The translations under genes were made by a program, and so were the position numbers. Positions 30,283 through 39,520 of a stretch of 50,132 nt of DNA are shown one piece after another. Under the pieces are notes generated by a model. The model made no database searches. It was not told where the DNA came from and saw only the letters and a program-made list of their open reading frames with translations. The stretch is from positions 1 through 50,132 of the forward strand of contig JANNVX010000008.1 of NCBI GenBank assembly GCA_031414595.1. The letters run 5' to 3'. The DNA is from Deinococcales bacterium. GTDB lineage: Bacteria; Deinococcota; Deinococci; Deinococcales; JAAFIG01. Position 1 is the stretch's first letter; each line of letters starts with the position of its first letter.

Positions 30283-32805
30283 GTGTCGCTTAAAGGAACA
30301 GGTTCAGGAGCATTACCGCCACTACTCGAGCAGTACATCAAACTGCGTGACCAGTACGCCGAGTACGTGCTGCTTTTTCAGGTCGGAGATTTTTTTGAAG
30401 CCTTTGGCGAGGATGCCGAACGGCTTTCTAAACTCCTGAATATTACGCTAACCCACAAAGCCAGCAAAGATTTTTCTACGCCAATGGCGGGTATTCCAGT
30501 TCGGGCTGCCGAAGCCCACATCGAACGCCTGCTAAAACTCGGGCAGCGAATTGCTGTAGCCGAACAAGTCGAAGACCCCAGCACTGCCAAGGGCTTGGTA
30601 GACCGCGCCGTGACGCAACTGATTACGCCCGGTACGGTGGCACTCGAGGATATTCTGCGTGGCGAAGAGAATTTTCTGGCTAGTGTTGCTTCTGGCGATG
30701 GGTATGCACTGGCGCTTTTAGATGTATCCACGGGCGAATTTAGGTGCTGCCAAGTCTCGAGCAGGGGCGCACTGTACGATGAATTGGCACGGTATCGCCC
30801 TGCTGAAGTGCTGCTGTCCCCAGAATTAGAACAAAACACCGCCTTTATGCTCGAGTTTAATACCCGTTTTCCAGTCATGCGCTCGAGTGCTAGTTTTGAA
30901 CTTGCCGATGCCGAACGCGCTTTAACCGCCCAATTTGGCACGCCCCCCAGTATGCTCGAGACAACCGCCCTGCGCCGAGTCTGTGGTGCGGTCTTGGAAT
31001 ATGCCAGTCGGGTTCTCGAGCATCCCAATTTGCCTTCGGTGCGGCGGGTGCAGCGCTATGACCCCGGAGCGCAAATGCGGCTCGATGAGGCGGCACTGCG
31101 GTCACTCGAGATTTTTACACCACTTTCACCGACTGCCCCTGAAAGTGCCACGCTGTTTGGTGCATTAAACGACACCCGCACTGCCCCCGGACGGCGGCGC
31201 TTAAAGGCGTGGCTGCGAGCGCCGTTACTCGATGCCCACCTGATTACTGAACGACTCGAGGCGGTAGCCACCCTGCACCGTGAATCTGAGAGCCGCAAAG
31301 CCATCCGTGCTGCCCTGTACCGCGCCCATGACCTCGAGCGGCTGGCGACCCGAGTGGCAATGCAACGCGCCAATGCCCGAGACTTAAATGCACTCTTGCG
31401 AACCTTAGAACTCATCCCAGAACTCCAAGCCCTGCTCGAGCCACTCGAAGCAAGGCTTTTACGCGACCTGCAAACCCGATTAGACCCGATTAACCACGCT
31501 GCCGAACTGGTACGAGCCTCCTTAATCGAAACCCCGCCCTTAAAATTAACCGAAGGTGGATTTATCCGCGATGGTTTTGATGCCGAACTCGACGAATACC
31601 GCACCCGAGGACTTGAAGGACGAACGTGGATTGCCCAACTCGAGGCTTCGGAGCGCATTCGCACTGGAATAAACGGCTTAAAAGTGGGTTACAACAATGT
31701 TTTTGGTTACTTCCTCGAGATAACCAACCCGCATAAGCACCTTGTCCCAGATGATTACCGAGCGGTCGCCACACTCAAAGACCGAATGCGTTTTACCCGC
31801 CCAGACTTACGGGAAAAAGAACGTGAGGTACTGCATTTTGAAGAACGCGCCCAAGCTCGGGAGTACACGGTTTTTTTGGAGCTTCGCAGCCAGTTAGCAG
31901 CCCAGACCGAACGCTTACAACTCCTTTCTAGCGCCATTGCCGATTTAGATGTGATTGCTAATTTGGCAGAAATTGCCGCCAACCGCAATTATGTGCAACC
32001 CAGTATCCTCGAGAACGGCGACATTCGGATTTTAGAAGCGCGTCATGCAGTGGTCGAAACCACCTTAGAAAATTTTGTTCCCAACGATGTGTTGCTGACT
32101 GGCTCGAGCCGAATTCATTTGATTACCGGACCAAACATGAGTGGTAAAAGCACTTTTTTACGCCAAACGGCATTGATTGCGCTGCTTGTTCAAGTCGGTT
32201 CTTTTGTTCCCGCCAAAAGCGCTCAGGTTCGTATTTTTGACCGTATCTTTACCCGTATTGGCGCATCTGACGACCTCGCGGGTGGCGCAAGTACCTTTAT
32301 GGTCGAAATGCGGGAACTGGCACAAATTCTACATGGGGTATCAGAGAATAGCCTGGTGATACTGGATGAAATCGGACGTGGGACTGGCACATATGACGGA
32401 CTGGCGATTGCCCAAGCCGCCATCGAATTCTTAAGTCAAACCAATGCCGCCGTGTTGTTTGCCACGCATTACTTTGAACTGACCAAGCTCGAGCATAGCC
32501 TTGCTGGGGTGGTCAACATGCACGTGGCTGCCGAAGAAGAGGCCCAAAACGGACTGCGCTTTTACCATCAAGTCATGACTGGGGCTGCCAGCAAAAGCTA
32601 CGGGGTGCATGTGGCACAACTGGCAGGGCTGCCACCAAGCGTGACCACTCGAGCCGGGGCAATTCTACGGGCGCTCGAGACCAACTCGGCAGACGCAGCC
32701 CAAAGTATTTCAGGGCAGATTCTTGAACTGGACATTGCAAGGCTTACGCCGCTAGAAGCCCTTGGGTTGCTCGAGAAATTACAAGGGCAGTTACGCGGGC
32801 GTTAG
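30283..32805 (+). CDS. mutS: DNA mismatch repair protein MutS
   Basis: FQVGDFFEAFGEDA, GPNMSGKST, STFMVEM, DEIGRGT, SYGVHVA. GTG start 6 nt after TATAAT. Confidence 0.97.
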   Translation: MSLKGTGSGALPPLLEQYIKLRDQYAEYVLLFQVGDFFEAFGEDAERLSKLLNITLTHKASKDFSTPMAGIPVRAAEAHIERLLKLGQRIAVAEQVEDPSTAKGLVDRAVTQLITPGTVALEDILRGEENFLASVASGDGYALALLDVSTGEFRCCQVSSRGALYDELARYRPAEVLLSPELEQNTAFMLEFNTRFPVMRSSASFELADAERALTAQFGTPPSMLETTALRRVCGAVLEYASRVLEHPNLPSVRRVQRYDPGAQMRLDEAALRSLEIFTPLSPTAPESATLFGALNDTRTAPGRRRLKAWLRAPLLDAHLITERLEAVATLHRESESRKAIRAALYRAHDLERLATRVAMQRANARDLNALLRTLELIPELQALLEPLEARLLRDLQTRLDPINHAAELVRASLIETPPLKLTEGGFIRDGFDAELDEYRTRGLEGRTWIAQLEASERIRTGINGLKVGYNNVFGYFLEITNPHKHLVPDDYRAVATLKDRMRFTRPDLREKEREVLHFEERAQAREYTVFLELRSQLAAQTERLQLLSSAIADLDVIANLAEIAANRNYVQPSILENGDIRILEARHAVVETTLENFVPNDVLLTGSSRIHLITGPNMSGKSTFLRQTALIALLVQVGSFVPAKSAQVRIFDRIFTRIGASDDLAGGASTFMVEMRELAQILHGVSENSLVILDEIGRGTGTYDGLAIAQAAIEFLSQTNAAVLFATHYFELTKLEHSLAGVVNMHVAAEEEAQNGLRFYHQVMTGAASKSYGVHVAQLAGLPPSVTTRAGAILRALETNSADAAQSISGQILELDIARLTPLEALGLLEKLQGQLRGR

Positions 32806-32853
32806 CCGATGTACAGCCTGAAATAAATTGGCTTGAATTGGTGCTTGTTTTGA

Positions 32854-32897
32854 TAGCAAATTTGGTTCTTTTTGCCGTGGACGAACAAATTTGCTTA
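32854..32897. terminator. Inverted repeat between the convergent mutS and esterase genes
   Basis: agcaaatttggttc ... gaacaaatttgct. Confidence 0.45.
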
Positions 32898-32955
32898 AGA
32901 CTTTTTGATCTGTGGAAACCGTGACGCGAAAATCATAAAATCTCCTCGAGAAAGT

Positions 32956-33687
32956 TTATAGAATTTTCTCTAAGAAATACGGCATCATCTCGCGCCAAGA
33001 AGTCCAGTCATGTGGTACGTCGTAGCCCCAGTAATCAAACCAAGCGGGGACGTTTTTCGAGGCTAGTAATTGCTGCATGGCTTGGGTGTCGGCTATCGAT
33101 TCGACTTCCCAATTGCCTTGCCCGACAGCAAAAATAATTTTGGCTCGGCGGTAATGCTCTAAATGCCACGGGTCAGATAAATTTGGTAAATACTGTAAAG
33201 GGCTGTTATAGAAAGTGTTGTCGTCGCCGTACTCACCAATAAAGCTCTGCATACTGTACAACCCAGATAAGGCAATTAAACCATCAAACACATCTGGGCG
33301 TTTTAAGAAAAAATTGGTGGCGTGTAATGCCCCCATACTACAACCTGTTGTCCATAACGTGCTTAAACCGGTATGTTTTTGCACCCAAGGCAGAACTTCG
33401 TTAATCACATATTTTTCGTAATCGCCGTGCCGTCTAGCCCGTTCGGCTGGGGGTGCGCCTTTATTGGTCCATGTTTGCCAGTCTACGCTATCTATACAAA
33501 TAAATTTAACCCGTCCGCCGTTAATAAATTCTTTGCAGGCTTCAATCATCTTAAAGCCCTCATAATCATGAAAACGCCCATCCTGAGCAGGAAAAACCAG
33601 AATCGGTTGCCCATAATGTCCGTAGACCTTAAAGTGCATGTCATGCCCAAGGTGATTAGAAAACCATTGATGATGTTCGATGTGCAT
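32956..33687 (-). CDS. Putative esterase (alpha/beta hydrolase)
   Basis: Nucleophile elbow GCSMG; YGHYGQP; HDW. Confidence 0.85.
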   Translation of the reverse strand: MHIEHHQWFSNHLGHDMHFKVYGHYGQPILVFPAQDGRFHDYEGFKMIEACKEFINGGRVKFICIDSVDWQTWTNKGAPPAERARRHGDYEKYVINEVLPWVQKHTGLSTLWTTGCSMGALHATNFFLKRPDVFDGLIALSGLYSMQSFIGEYGDDNTFYNSPLQYLPNLSDPWHLEHYRRAKIIFAVGQGNWEVESIADTQAMQQLLASKNVPAWFDYWGYDVPHDWTSWREMMPYFLEKIL

Positions 33688-33746
33688 AATAGCTCCTAAG
33701 TAGTGAAGTGAATTTAAGTTAATGTATCAATACAAAAAATTTGCGT

Positions 33747-33850
33747 GTAGGGGCGAATCCTTCTTGACCATAAACGTGCTTCTTGCTCGTGAAATAGCAC
33801 CTGTCGGGCTACTCGCGCACCTGTCGGGCATGGTCGCCTGTGTTCGCCCT
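33747..33850. repeat. GTAG-family REP interrupted by nested GCACCTG micro-elements
   Basis: gtaggggcgaatc ...[~77-nt insert]... cctgtgttcgccct. The insert has a gaccat/atggtc stem and two copies of gcacctgtcgggc. Confidence 0.7.
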
Positions 33851-33886
33851 GCCAAGAATTGATTCAAAGTAATTTGGCTGAGGTAC

Positions 33887-35044
33887 TTAATGCTTCTTAA
33901 TAATCTCTTCGGCGGCTGCCAGTAATGGCTCGAGGTCTGGGCAACGCAAAATATAGCCGTAATTGCCAATCGCACGACTAAAAATACTCATGATTGGTTC
34001 GTGATGACAAACCATCTCTTGGTACTGCTCGAGAACCGCCGTGTGGTCTAAAACATAATGCAAGTGGTCTTTGCGTCCAATGTAAACCGTGTGATACGGG
34101 CGGTCGGCTTTGGCATTAAATTCGCCTTTGACCAGCAGATTTGCCCATTCTTGGTAAACATCCATATCGTTGGCATAATTGAACATGTCCACCGTTAAAC
34201 CACCCGGTGGGCGGATATTGGCTTCTAAGGCAGTAATTTTGCCGTCTATCTCAAAGAACTCGAGGTGGAAAAACCGTTCGCGGACATCAAAGGCTTTTAA
34301 GGATGCTGTGCCAGCCTGCATCAGTGGCTCGGGAATAACCCGTTCGGAATGGTAGTAAATGTCGCCGTCTTCGTTGACCGTTTCCATCACACCTCTCGAG
34401 TAGCGATGACTAGCAAGAAAAAGAATCTTGCCGTCTTTGTCGGTCAGTCCATCAAAGGTGACAATATCGCCTTTAACAAATTCCTCAAGAATATACTCGA
34501 CGGGCAGTTTATCACGCAGATAAAAATCGAGTTCAAAATCATCGGTAATTTTATAGGTTTTGGCTGCCCCGACCCCAATATCTGGTTTAGCGACAATCGG
34601 ATAACCAACTTCTTTAACAAAGGCTTTGGTTTCCTCGACAGTAATACACACCTGCCCCCTTGCCACAGCCACACCCGCTTCACGAAAACGCTGTTTCATA
34701 TGCGATTTGCGTTTGATGTTATCAATCCAATCCAATTGAATCCCCGAGATATTAAAATCGGTTCGCAGCGCCGCTTCGGTCTCGAGCCAATGTTCGTTTA
34801 AGCTATCCAAACGCCCAATTTTGCCCCATCTGAAAGTCAGATGCCCCATACCGCGCACCAAAGCATCGTAATTTTCCATGTCCGAGACACGGTAATACTC
34901 ATGGAACTTGCCACGCAAATCCGAATGCAAATTATCAAACGGTTCATCGCCCAAACCAAGTACGGTTGCACCAGCTTCACGTAAGCCCCGAACAAAATGC
35001 CTGAAATTTGGTGGAAAATGCGGGGATAAGAAAATCACATTCAC
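33887..35044 (-). CDS. ATP-grasp domain protein (putative carboxylate-amine ligase)
   Basis: VGYPIVAKPDIGVGA, EEFV, FFHLEFF, LEANIRPPG; GGAGG SD before GTG 35044. Confidence 0.85.
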   Translation of the reverse strand: MNVIFLSPHFPPNFRHFVRGLREAGATVLGLGDEPFDNLHSDLRGKFHEYYRVSDMENYDALVRGMGHLTFRWGKIGRLDSLNEHWLETEAALRTDFNISGIQLDWIDNIKRKSHMKQRFREAGVAVARGQVCITVEETKAFVKEVGYPIVAKPDIGVGAAKTYKITDDFELDFYLRDKLPVEYILEEFVKGDIVTFDGLTDKDGKILFLASHRYSRGVMETVNEDGDIYYHSERVIPEPLMQAGTASLKAFDVRERFFHLEFFEIDGKITALEANIRPPGGLTVDMFNYANDMDVYQEWANLLVKGEFNAKADRPYHTVYIGRKDHLHYVLDHTAVLEQYQEMVCHHEPIMSIFSRAIGNYGYILRCPDLEPLLAAAEEIIKKH

Positions 35045-35160
35045 GAGCAACCTCCAAAAAATAAAAAGAGTAGCGTTAATCCCAAAAATCCCCGATGTGT
35101 AGCTTCTGGTCAATTCTAACCAAAAGACACAGCAATACACAATCAGCTTAGAATACCCCT

Positions 35161-35868
35161 GTGAACTCGAGCATCTGGCGTGGTCTGCACTTAGCCCATA
35201 CATTCTTAACTACCTTGCCATTCCCGCACGTCGGAGAAGTCAAAGAAGGCGAATTTAGAAACGCCAGTGGTTATTACCCCGCCGTTGGTTGGACACTTGG
35301 GGTACTGCTGTGTCTGTCCATGCTGCTTTTCTCGAGTCTGCCCAGTGCAGTTTCGGCGGCGCTGCTTGTGGCGATCTGGTTTGGTTTAACTGGAATGCTG
35401 CACTTTGATGGTCTGGTAGACTGTGGTGATGCACTCCTCGCAGCTAAACCCCCAGCCCAACGGCTCGAGATACTTTCCGATGTTCATATGGGGGCATTTG
35501 GCTTAGCCGTAGGCGCTGTCCATATCCTCCTCAAATGGAGCGCCCTACAAAGTCTCGAGGCTTGGTTGCCATTGTTGCTGTCCCCAGTCCTTGCCAGAGC
35601 CGCGCTGCTGATTCCGATGAACATATTCCCCAGCGCTCGAGCCGAAAGCCTTGGCGCAAGGTCTCGGGAAGGCAATTGGAAAGTCGGTTTTTTGATTGCT
35701 CTTCCAGCCGTGCTGCTGTCCCCTAAACTGGCAATTGTTGCGGTACTAGCAGCTTTGGCGGTTGCGTGGTTTGCCTCGAGCCGCCTAAATGGTGGGATTA
35801 GCGGCGATGTTTACGGCGCAATTGTAGAAGTTACCGAGGTTGCGATTATCGTGGCAGCCCTGACTTGA
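35161..35868 (+). CDS. cobS: Adenosylcobinamide-GDP ribazoletransferase
   Basis: TGMLHFDGLVDCGDA, LEILSDVHMGAFG, GGISGDVYGA. Confidence 0.92.
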   Translation: MNSSIWRGLHLAHTFLTTLPFPHVGEVKEGEFRNASGYYPAVGWTLGVLLCLSMLLFSSLPSAVSAALLVAIWFGLTGMLHFDGLVDCGDALLAAKPPAQRLEILSDVHMGAFGLAVGAVHILLKWSALQSLEAWLPLLLSPVLARAALLIPMNIFPSARAESLGARSREGNWKVGFLIALPAVLLSPKLAIVAVLAALAVAWFASSRLNGGISGDVYGAIVEVTEVAIIVAALT

Positions 35869-35909
35869 GTCACATTTTATTCTGACATTTTGGGTGTATC
35901 CTAACGAAC

Positions 35910-37427
35910 ATGTTTAAGCCCAATTGGTTAATTGCCACTGCCGTTCTTTTAAGTGGCGCACTGGCTGCCCGTACCCTAAGCCCTCAGAACACCTTGGTCA
36001 GTGAAACCCGTACCAAAGGACATCATGCGGCGGCTCGAGTTGATTTACAAAGCACATTACCGCCGCTTTTATCCTATGTGCCGACCTATTACAAAGATGT
36101 CCAAGCCATCCTTGATAAAAACTGCCTTGGTTGCCACATCGAAGGTGGTATCGCCCCGTTTAGTCTCGAGAAACCCGCCGATGCCGTGCGTTACGCTCGA
36201 GCTTCACAATTTGCAGTCCAGAAAAAAATCATGCCGCCTTGGCAGCCAAGTAACGACAGCCCTAAATTTGTTGGAGAAACTAAACTTAACGATAACGAGA
36301 TTGCAATTATTGCAAACTGGGCTTGGGCTGGAGCGCCAATGGGCAAAACAAGCGATGCCAAACCACGGGTGCTACCAACAAATCGAATTCAAAATGCTGA
36401 TTTAACCATGGACATCGGCAAGCCTTTTACTCCAAATCCAGCCTATTCCGATGAGTACCGTTGCTTTATCGTAGACCCAAAACAAGATTCTGAGCGTTTC
36501 ATTACAGGTTACGACATCGTACCGGGCAACAAGAAAATGGTGCATCATGTGATTATTTTTACGGTTGAACCACAGATGGTCTCTGAAATCCGTAAACTCG
36601 AGAATACCGCCGATGGACGCGGGGGCTACGAATGCTTTGGCGGACCCGGTGTGCCAATCCGCATTGGTGGCGGTACTGGCGGTATGGGCTTTAGCATCAT
36701 GGGTAACTGGGTTCCTGGTTCGACAGGTGGTGTGACCTACCCAAGCGGTACTGGAGTCAGCTTGAAGCCCGGCACGGTCTTGGTACTGCAAGTTCATTAC
36801 AACAATACCACCGACCAAGGCTCAGACCGCACAGTCGCCAAACTGAACTTTGCACCAAAAGATAGCAAAGTCACAGCCTTACGCACCAGTTTATTTTTAT
36901 CACCCGTTGAAATTGCTTGCCCAACTGGAATCTCGAGTGACCCAAGCAACGCCTGCTCGAGAGACGCAGCCTACAAAGCCGTAGAACAGTACCAAGAACC
37001 CACGCTGACCAATGCGCTTAAAGGCGGATTATTACTGACCTACTGCCAAAAACAACCCAAACACGAAAATGGCATCAGCACGACCCAATGCGACTTTGCA
37101 GTCAGTGCTGATCGTAACATCATCCAAATCCAAGGTCATATGCACTTACTCGGTAAAGCCATTAAGCTCGAGTTAAACCCAAGCAAAAACGCCAAGGTAC
37201 TGCTTGATATTCCACGCTGGGATTTTCACTGGCAACGCGGGTACACGCTCGAGACTCCGATTGAAATTAGCAAAGGTGATGTGGTTCGCCTGACCTGCAC
37301 TTGGGACAACAACAAAGAAAACCAACCGTACATTGGTGGCAAACAACTCGAGCCACGGTATACGGTTTGGGGGGAAGGAACAACCGATGAGATGTGTTTG
37401 GCTGGGTTTACAGCCGCGCCGCGTTAG
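35910..37427 (+). CDS. Exported copper type II (PHM/DBH-like) monooxygenase with an N-terminal cytochrome c-like domain
   Basis: Signal peptide; CLGCH..GIAPF..MPPW; Cu ligands VHHVI, QVHY, HMHLLG, DEMC. Confidence 0.8.
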   Translation: MFKPNWLIATAVLLSGALAARTLSPQNTLVSETRTKGHHAAARVDLQSTLPPLLSYVPTYYKDVQAILDKNCLGCHIEGGIAPFSLEKPADAVRYARASQFAVQKKIMPPWQPSNDSPKFVGETKLNDNEIAIIANWAWAGAPMGKTSDAKPRVLPTNRIQNADLTMDIGKPFTPNPAYSDEYRCFIVDPKQDSERFITGYDIVPGNKKMVHHVIIFTVEPQMVSEIRKLENTADGRGGYECFGGPGVPIRIGGGTGGMGFSIMGNWVPGSTGGVTYPSGTGVSLKPGTVLVLQVHYNNTTDQGSDRTVAKLNFAPKDSKVTALRTSLFLSPVEIACPTGISSDPSNACSRDAAYKAVEQYQEPTLTNALKGGLLLTYCQKQPKHENGISTTQCDFAVSADRNIIQIQGHMHLLGKAIKLELNPSKNAKVLLDIPRWDFHWQRGYTLETPIEISKGDVVRLTCTWDNNKENQPYIGGKQLEPRYTVWGEGTTDEMCLAGFTAAPR

Positions 37428-37430
37428 TGA

Positions 37431-38543
37431 TCAGGGTTTTAAGGCAGCAATATTTCGTGGTGTAAAAAAGAAACTGATAGGTCGGACTGTAGTTCCTGAG
37501 TTTGTTCCAAAACGTCTGTTATCTTGTCCAGTTCGCGCACGCATTTGCAAACGAACTTGGGTCACGCCCCGAGCGTCTAACGTATCAGCAGACATTCTAA
37601 CTACAAATCCAGGTCCACTATCAGCATAACTCTCGTCAATGTTATCCATTAAAATTTCGGGCGAGATAGCGTTGACTGTGGTATTTTGAGTGTTGATCCA
37701 AGTCACTGTAGCATTAATTCTGGTTTGAAATGCAGTCGCCTCAGTGGTCAAAGGACGACCTGCGGTATTGCACGCTATAGTACAGGTCAGAACAGGTAAA
37801 TCTGGATTAGAACGAATAGGGTCAATAGTTGGAGGGTTAGAGCATGGAACACTACGTTTATCACAACCCACTCTATTCCACGGAACTCCACTAGCGTTAC
37901 CCGTTAAATTCATACGAAATTCCATAACTACCCAACGAGAAACATCTGCTTCTGAGACATCCAATAAGGCGTTTGAAGTAGCTGAGTTCCCAAGCAAACC
38001 GCCTCGAGTCACTTTAGGGCGAATGACTGGATAATAGGCAATAAACTTAAAGCATCCATCCCCAGGTTGAACCCGTGGCGTAGCAGCAGAGTTCTCAAAT
38101 AATACCCCACTCGTATCACTGGTCATACAAGAAACAGCAGGGTTAATTGGAGCAGTAATCATTGCTAAAATTGGGGGCTTAGTTGTAGTAGGTGGGTTGG
38201 TAACAACGAATGTTGTACTCTCATGGGGACCTGTTTTCTTATTGCCTGCCCCTAAATTAAAACTCGACCAGTTCACAGTAACTGTACCTCCCACAGTGTC
38301 AATAGTTGAACCTTGTGGTGGGAAGATATAGACGGAACGCTGAATTTCATCGCCTATGATAGAAGCCGCTGTTCGTAACTCTTGCTGCATTTGGCTAGAA
38401 GAATAAACCAATCTTGAAGCCTGTGTTGAACCAACTAAAAGTTGCACTATGAGAACACCTACAATTCCCAGAATTCCCAAAGAAACCATCAACTCAACAA
38501 GGGTAAATCCTTGTTGAAAACCTCGAGTTTTGATTTGATTCAT
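37431..38543 (-). CDS. Type IV minor pilin (PilW-like)
   Basis: Class III signal G|FTLVELMVSLGILGIV. Confidence 0.85.
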   Translation of the reverse strand: MNQIKTRGFQQGFTLVELMVSLGILGIVGVLIVQLLVGSTQASRLVYSSSQMQQELRTAASIIGDEIQRSVYIFPPQGSTIDTVGGTVTVNWSSFNLGAGNKKTGPHESTTFVVTNPPTTTKPPILAMITAPINPAVSCMTSDTSGVLFENSAATPRVQPGDGCFKFIAYYPVIRPKVTRGGLLGNSATSNALLDVSEADVSRWVVMEFRMNLTGNASGVPWNRVGCDKRSVPCSNPPTIDPIRSNPDLPVLTCTIACNTAGRPLTTEATAFQTRINATVTWINTQNTTVNAISPEILMDNIDESYADSGPGFVVRMSADTLDARGVTQVRLQMRARTGQDNRRFGTNSGTTVRPISFFFTPRNIAALKP

Positions 38544-38550
38544 AAAAACC

Positions 38551-39054
38551 TCATGGACGACCAATGACTGTTGTTAGGGTAATCGCTCTACCACCGTTGT
38601 TTGGTTGGATCACGATTGAAACATTTCGCAAAGTATCTCGGTAGCCTCGGAGTGCTGTTGCTGAAAAAGCAGTATTGGCATCTGTGTATAATGCACCTGT
38701 CCGAGCAGTTGCAGTAGGTGTGATTATCCATCCAGAAGGTAATGTTAAATCAGGAGTACCACCCGTGGTACTGGGCCAGACTGGATTGATGGTTGCGTTT
38801 GAAGGACTCGCTTCATAATTGCTTGGCTCGAGCCAAGATTCTCGCACCAATTCCAGATATGAACGCCCATAAGCTAGTGCTTGAGTTTCTACATTGCTGT
38901 CTCTAGTAACTCGAAGTGGAATGATCAAACCCAACGTAATTAGGGCGACAACACCAAGCAAGCCCACAGCGACCAGCACTTCCACTACAGTCAACCCCGA
39001 TTTGGAATCAAATGACTTAAATACAAGTTGTTGCGGCTTGTGCTTGTACTGCAC
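38551..39054 (-). CDS. Type IV minor pilin (PilV-like)
   Basis: G|LTVVEVLVAVGLLGVV. Start uncertain. Confidence 0.82.
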   Translation of the reverse strand: MQYKHKPQQLVFKSFDSKSGLTVVEVLVAVGLLGVVALITLGLIIPLRVTRDSNVETQALAYGRSYLELVRESWLEPSNYEASPSNATINPVWPSTTGGTPDLTLPSGWIITPTATARTGALYTDANTAFSATALRGYRDTLRNVSIVIQPNNGGRAITLTTVIGRP

Positions 39055-39520
39055 GAGTAATCACCTTCCCTGTCACGCCATTTAAACTGACTGCGGCTCG
39101 AAAATTATTAGGACCACGTATTTCAAAACATGACTCTGCTGCACCACCACCAAAACGTCCAAAGGGCGCTCTATACAATGGTGTGGTCAAATCTGCTCCA
39201 GTCATGGCAAATAAGGTTGCCCCATTTGGCATGACCCCGTTAATGGTTGGTATACCCGTAATAACATTTCCAGATGCATCTTGAGGTACTAAGGAATATG
39301 TATTATTATTTGCACTTATTGTTAGTAGATAACTAGCGTTAAAACGGGGAACTAACGTGCGAACCCGTTCAATATCACTGGAGAATCTAGTTTGGGCTTC
39401 TCGTACAAGCCGACGACCATTATCACCAAGCAATGGTAGTGCGAACGCTAGTGCAATTCCAAGGACTGCTATCACAACTAGCATCTCGACCATTGAAAAA
39501 CCATAGGGGTTTTGTTTCAT
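39017..39520 (-). CDS. Type IV minor pilin (FimT/GspH-like)
   Basis: G|FSMVEMLVVIAVLGIA. Confidence 0.85.
   Translation of the reverse strand: MKQNPYGFSMVEMLVVIAVLGIALAFALPLLGDNGRRLVREAQTRFSSDIERVRTLVPRFNASYLLTISANNNTYSLVPQDASGNVITGIPTINGVMPNGATLFAMTGADLTTPLYRAPFGRFGGGAAESCFEIRGPNNFRAAVSLNGVTGKVITRAVQAQAATTCI

Noticed and set aside
2693-33850. REP and heptamer repeats as a CRISPR array
   Set aside because: They are dispersed or inverted, lack a regular repeat-spacer period, and no cas genes are present.
35045-35160. Cobalamin riboswitch upstream of cobS
   Set aside because: No B12-box or conserved core is visible, and cobS appears leaderless.
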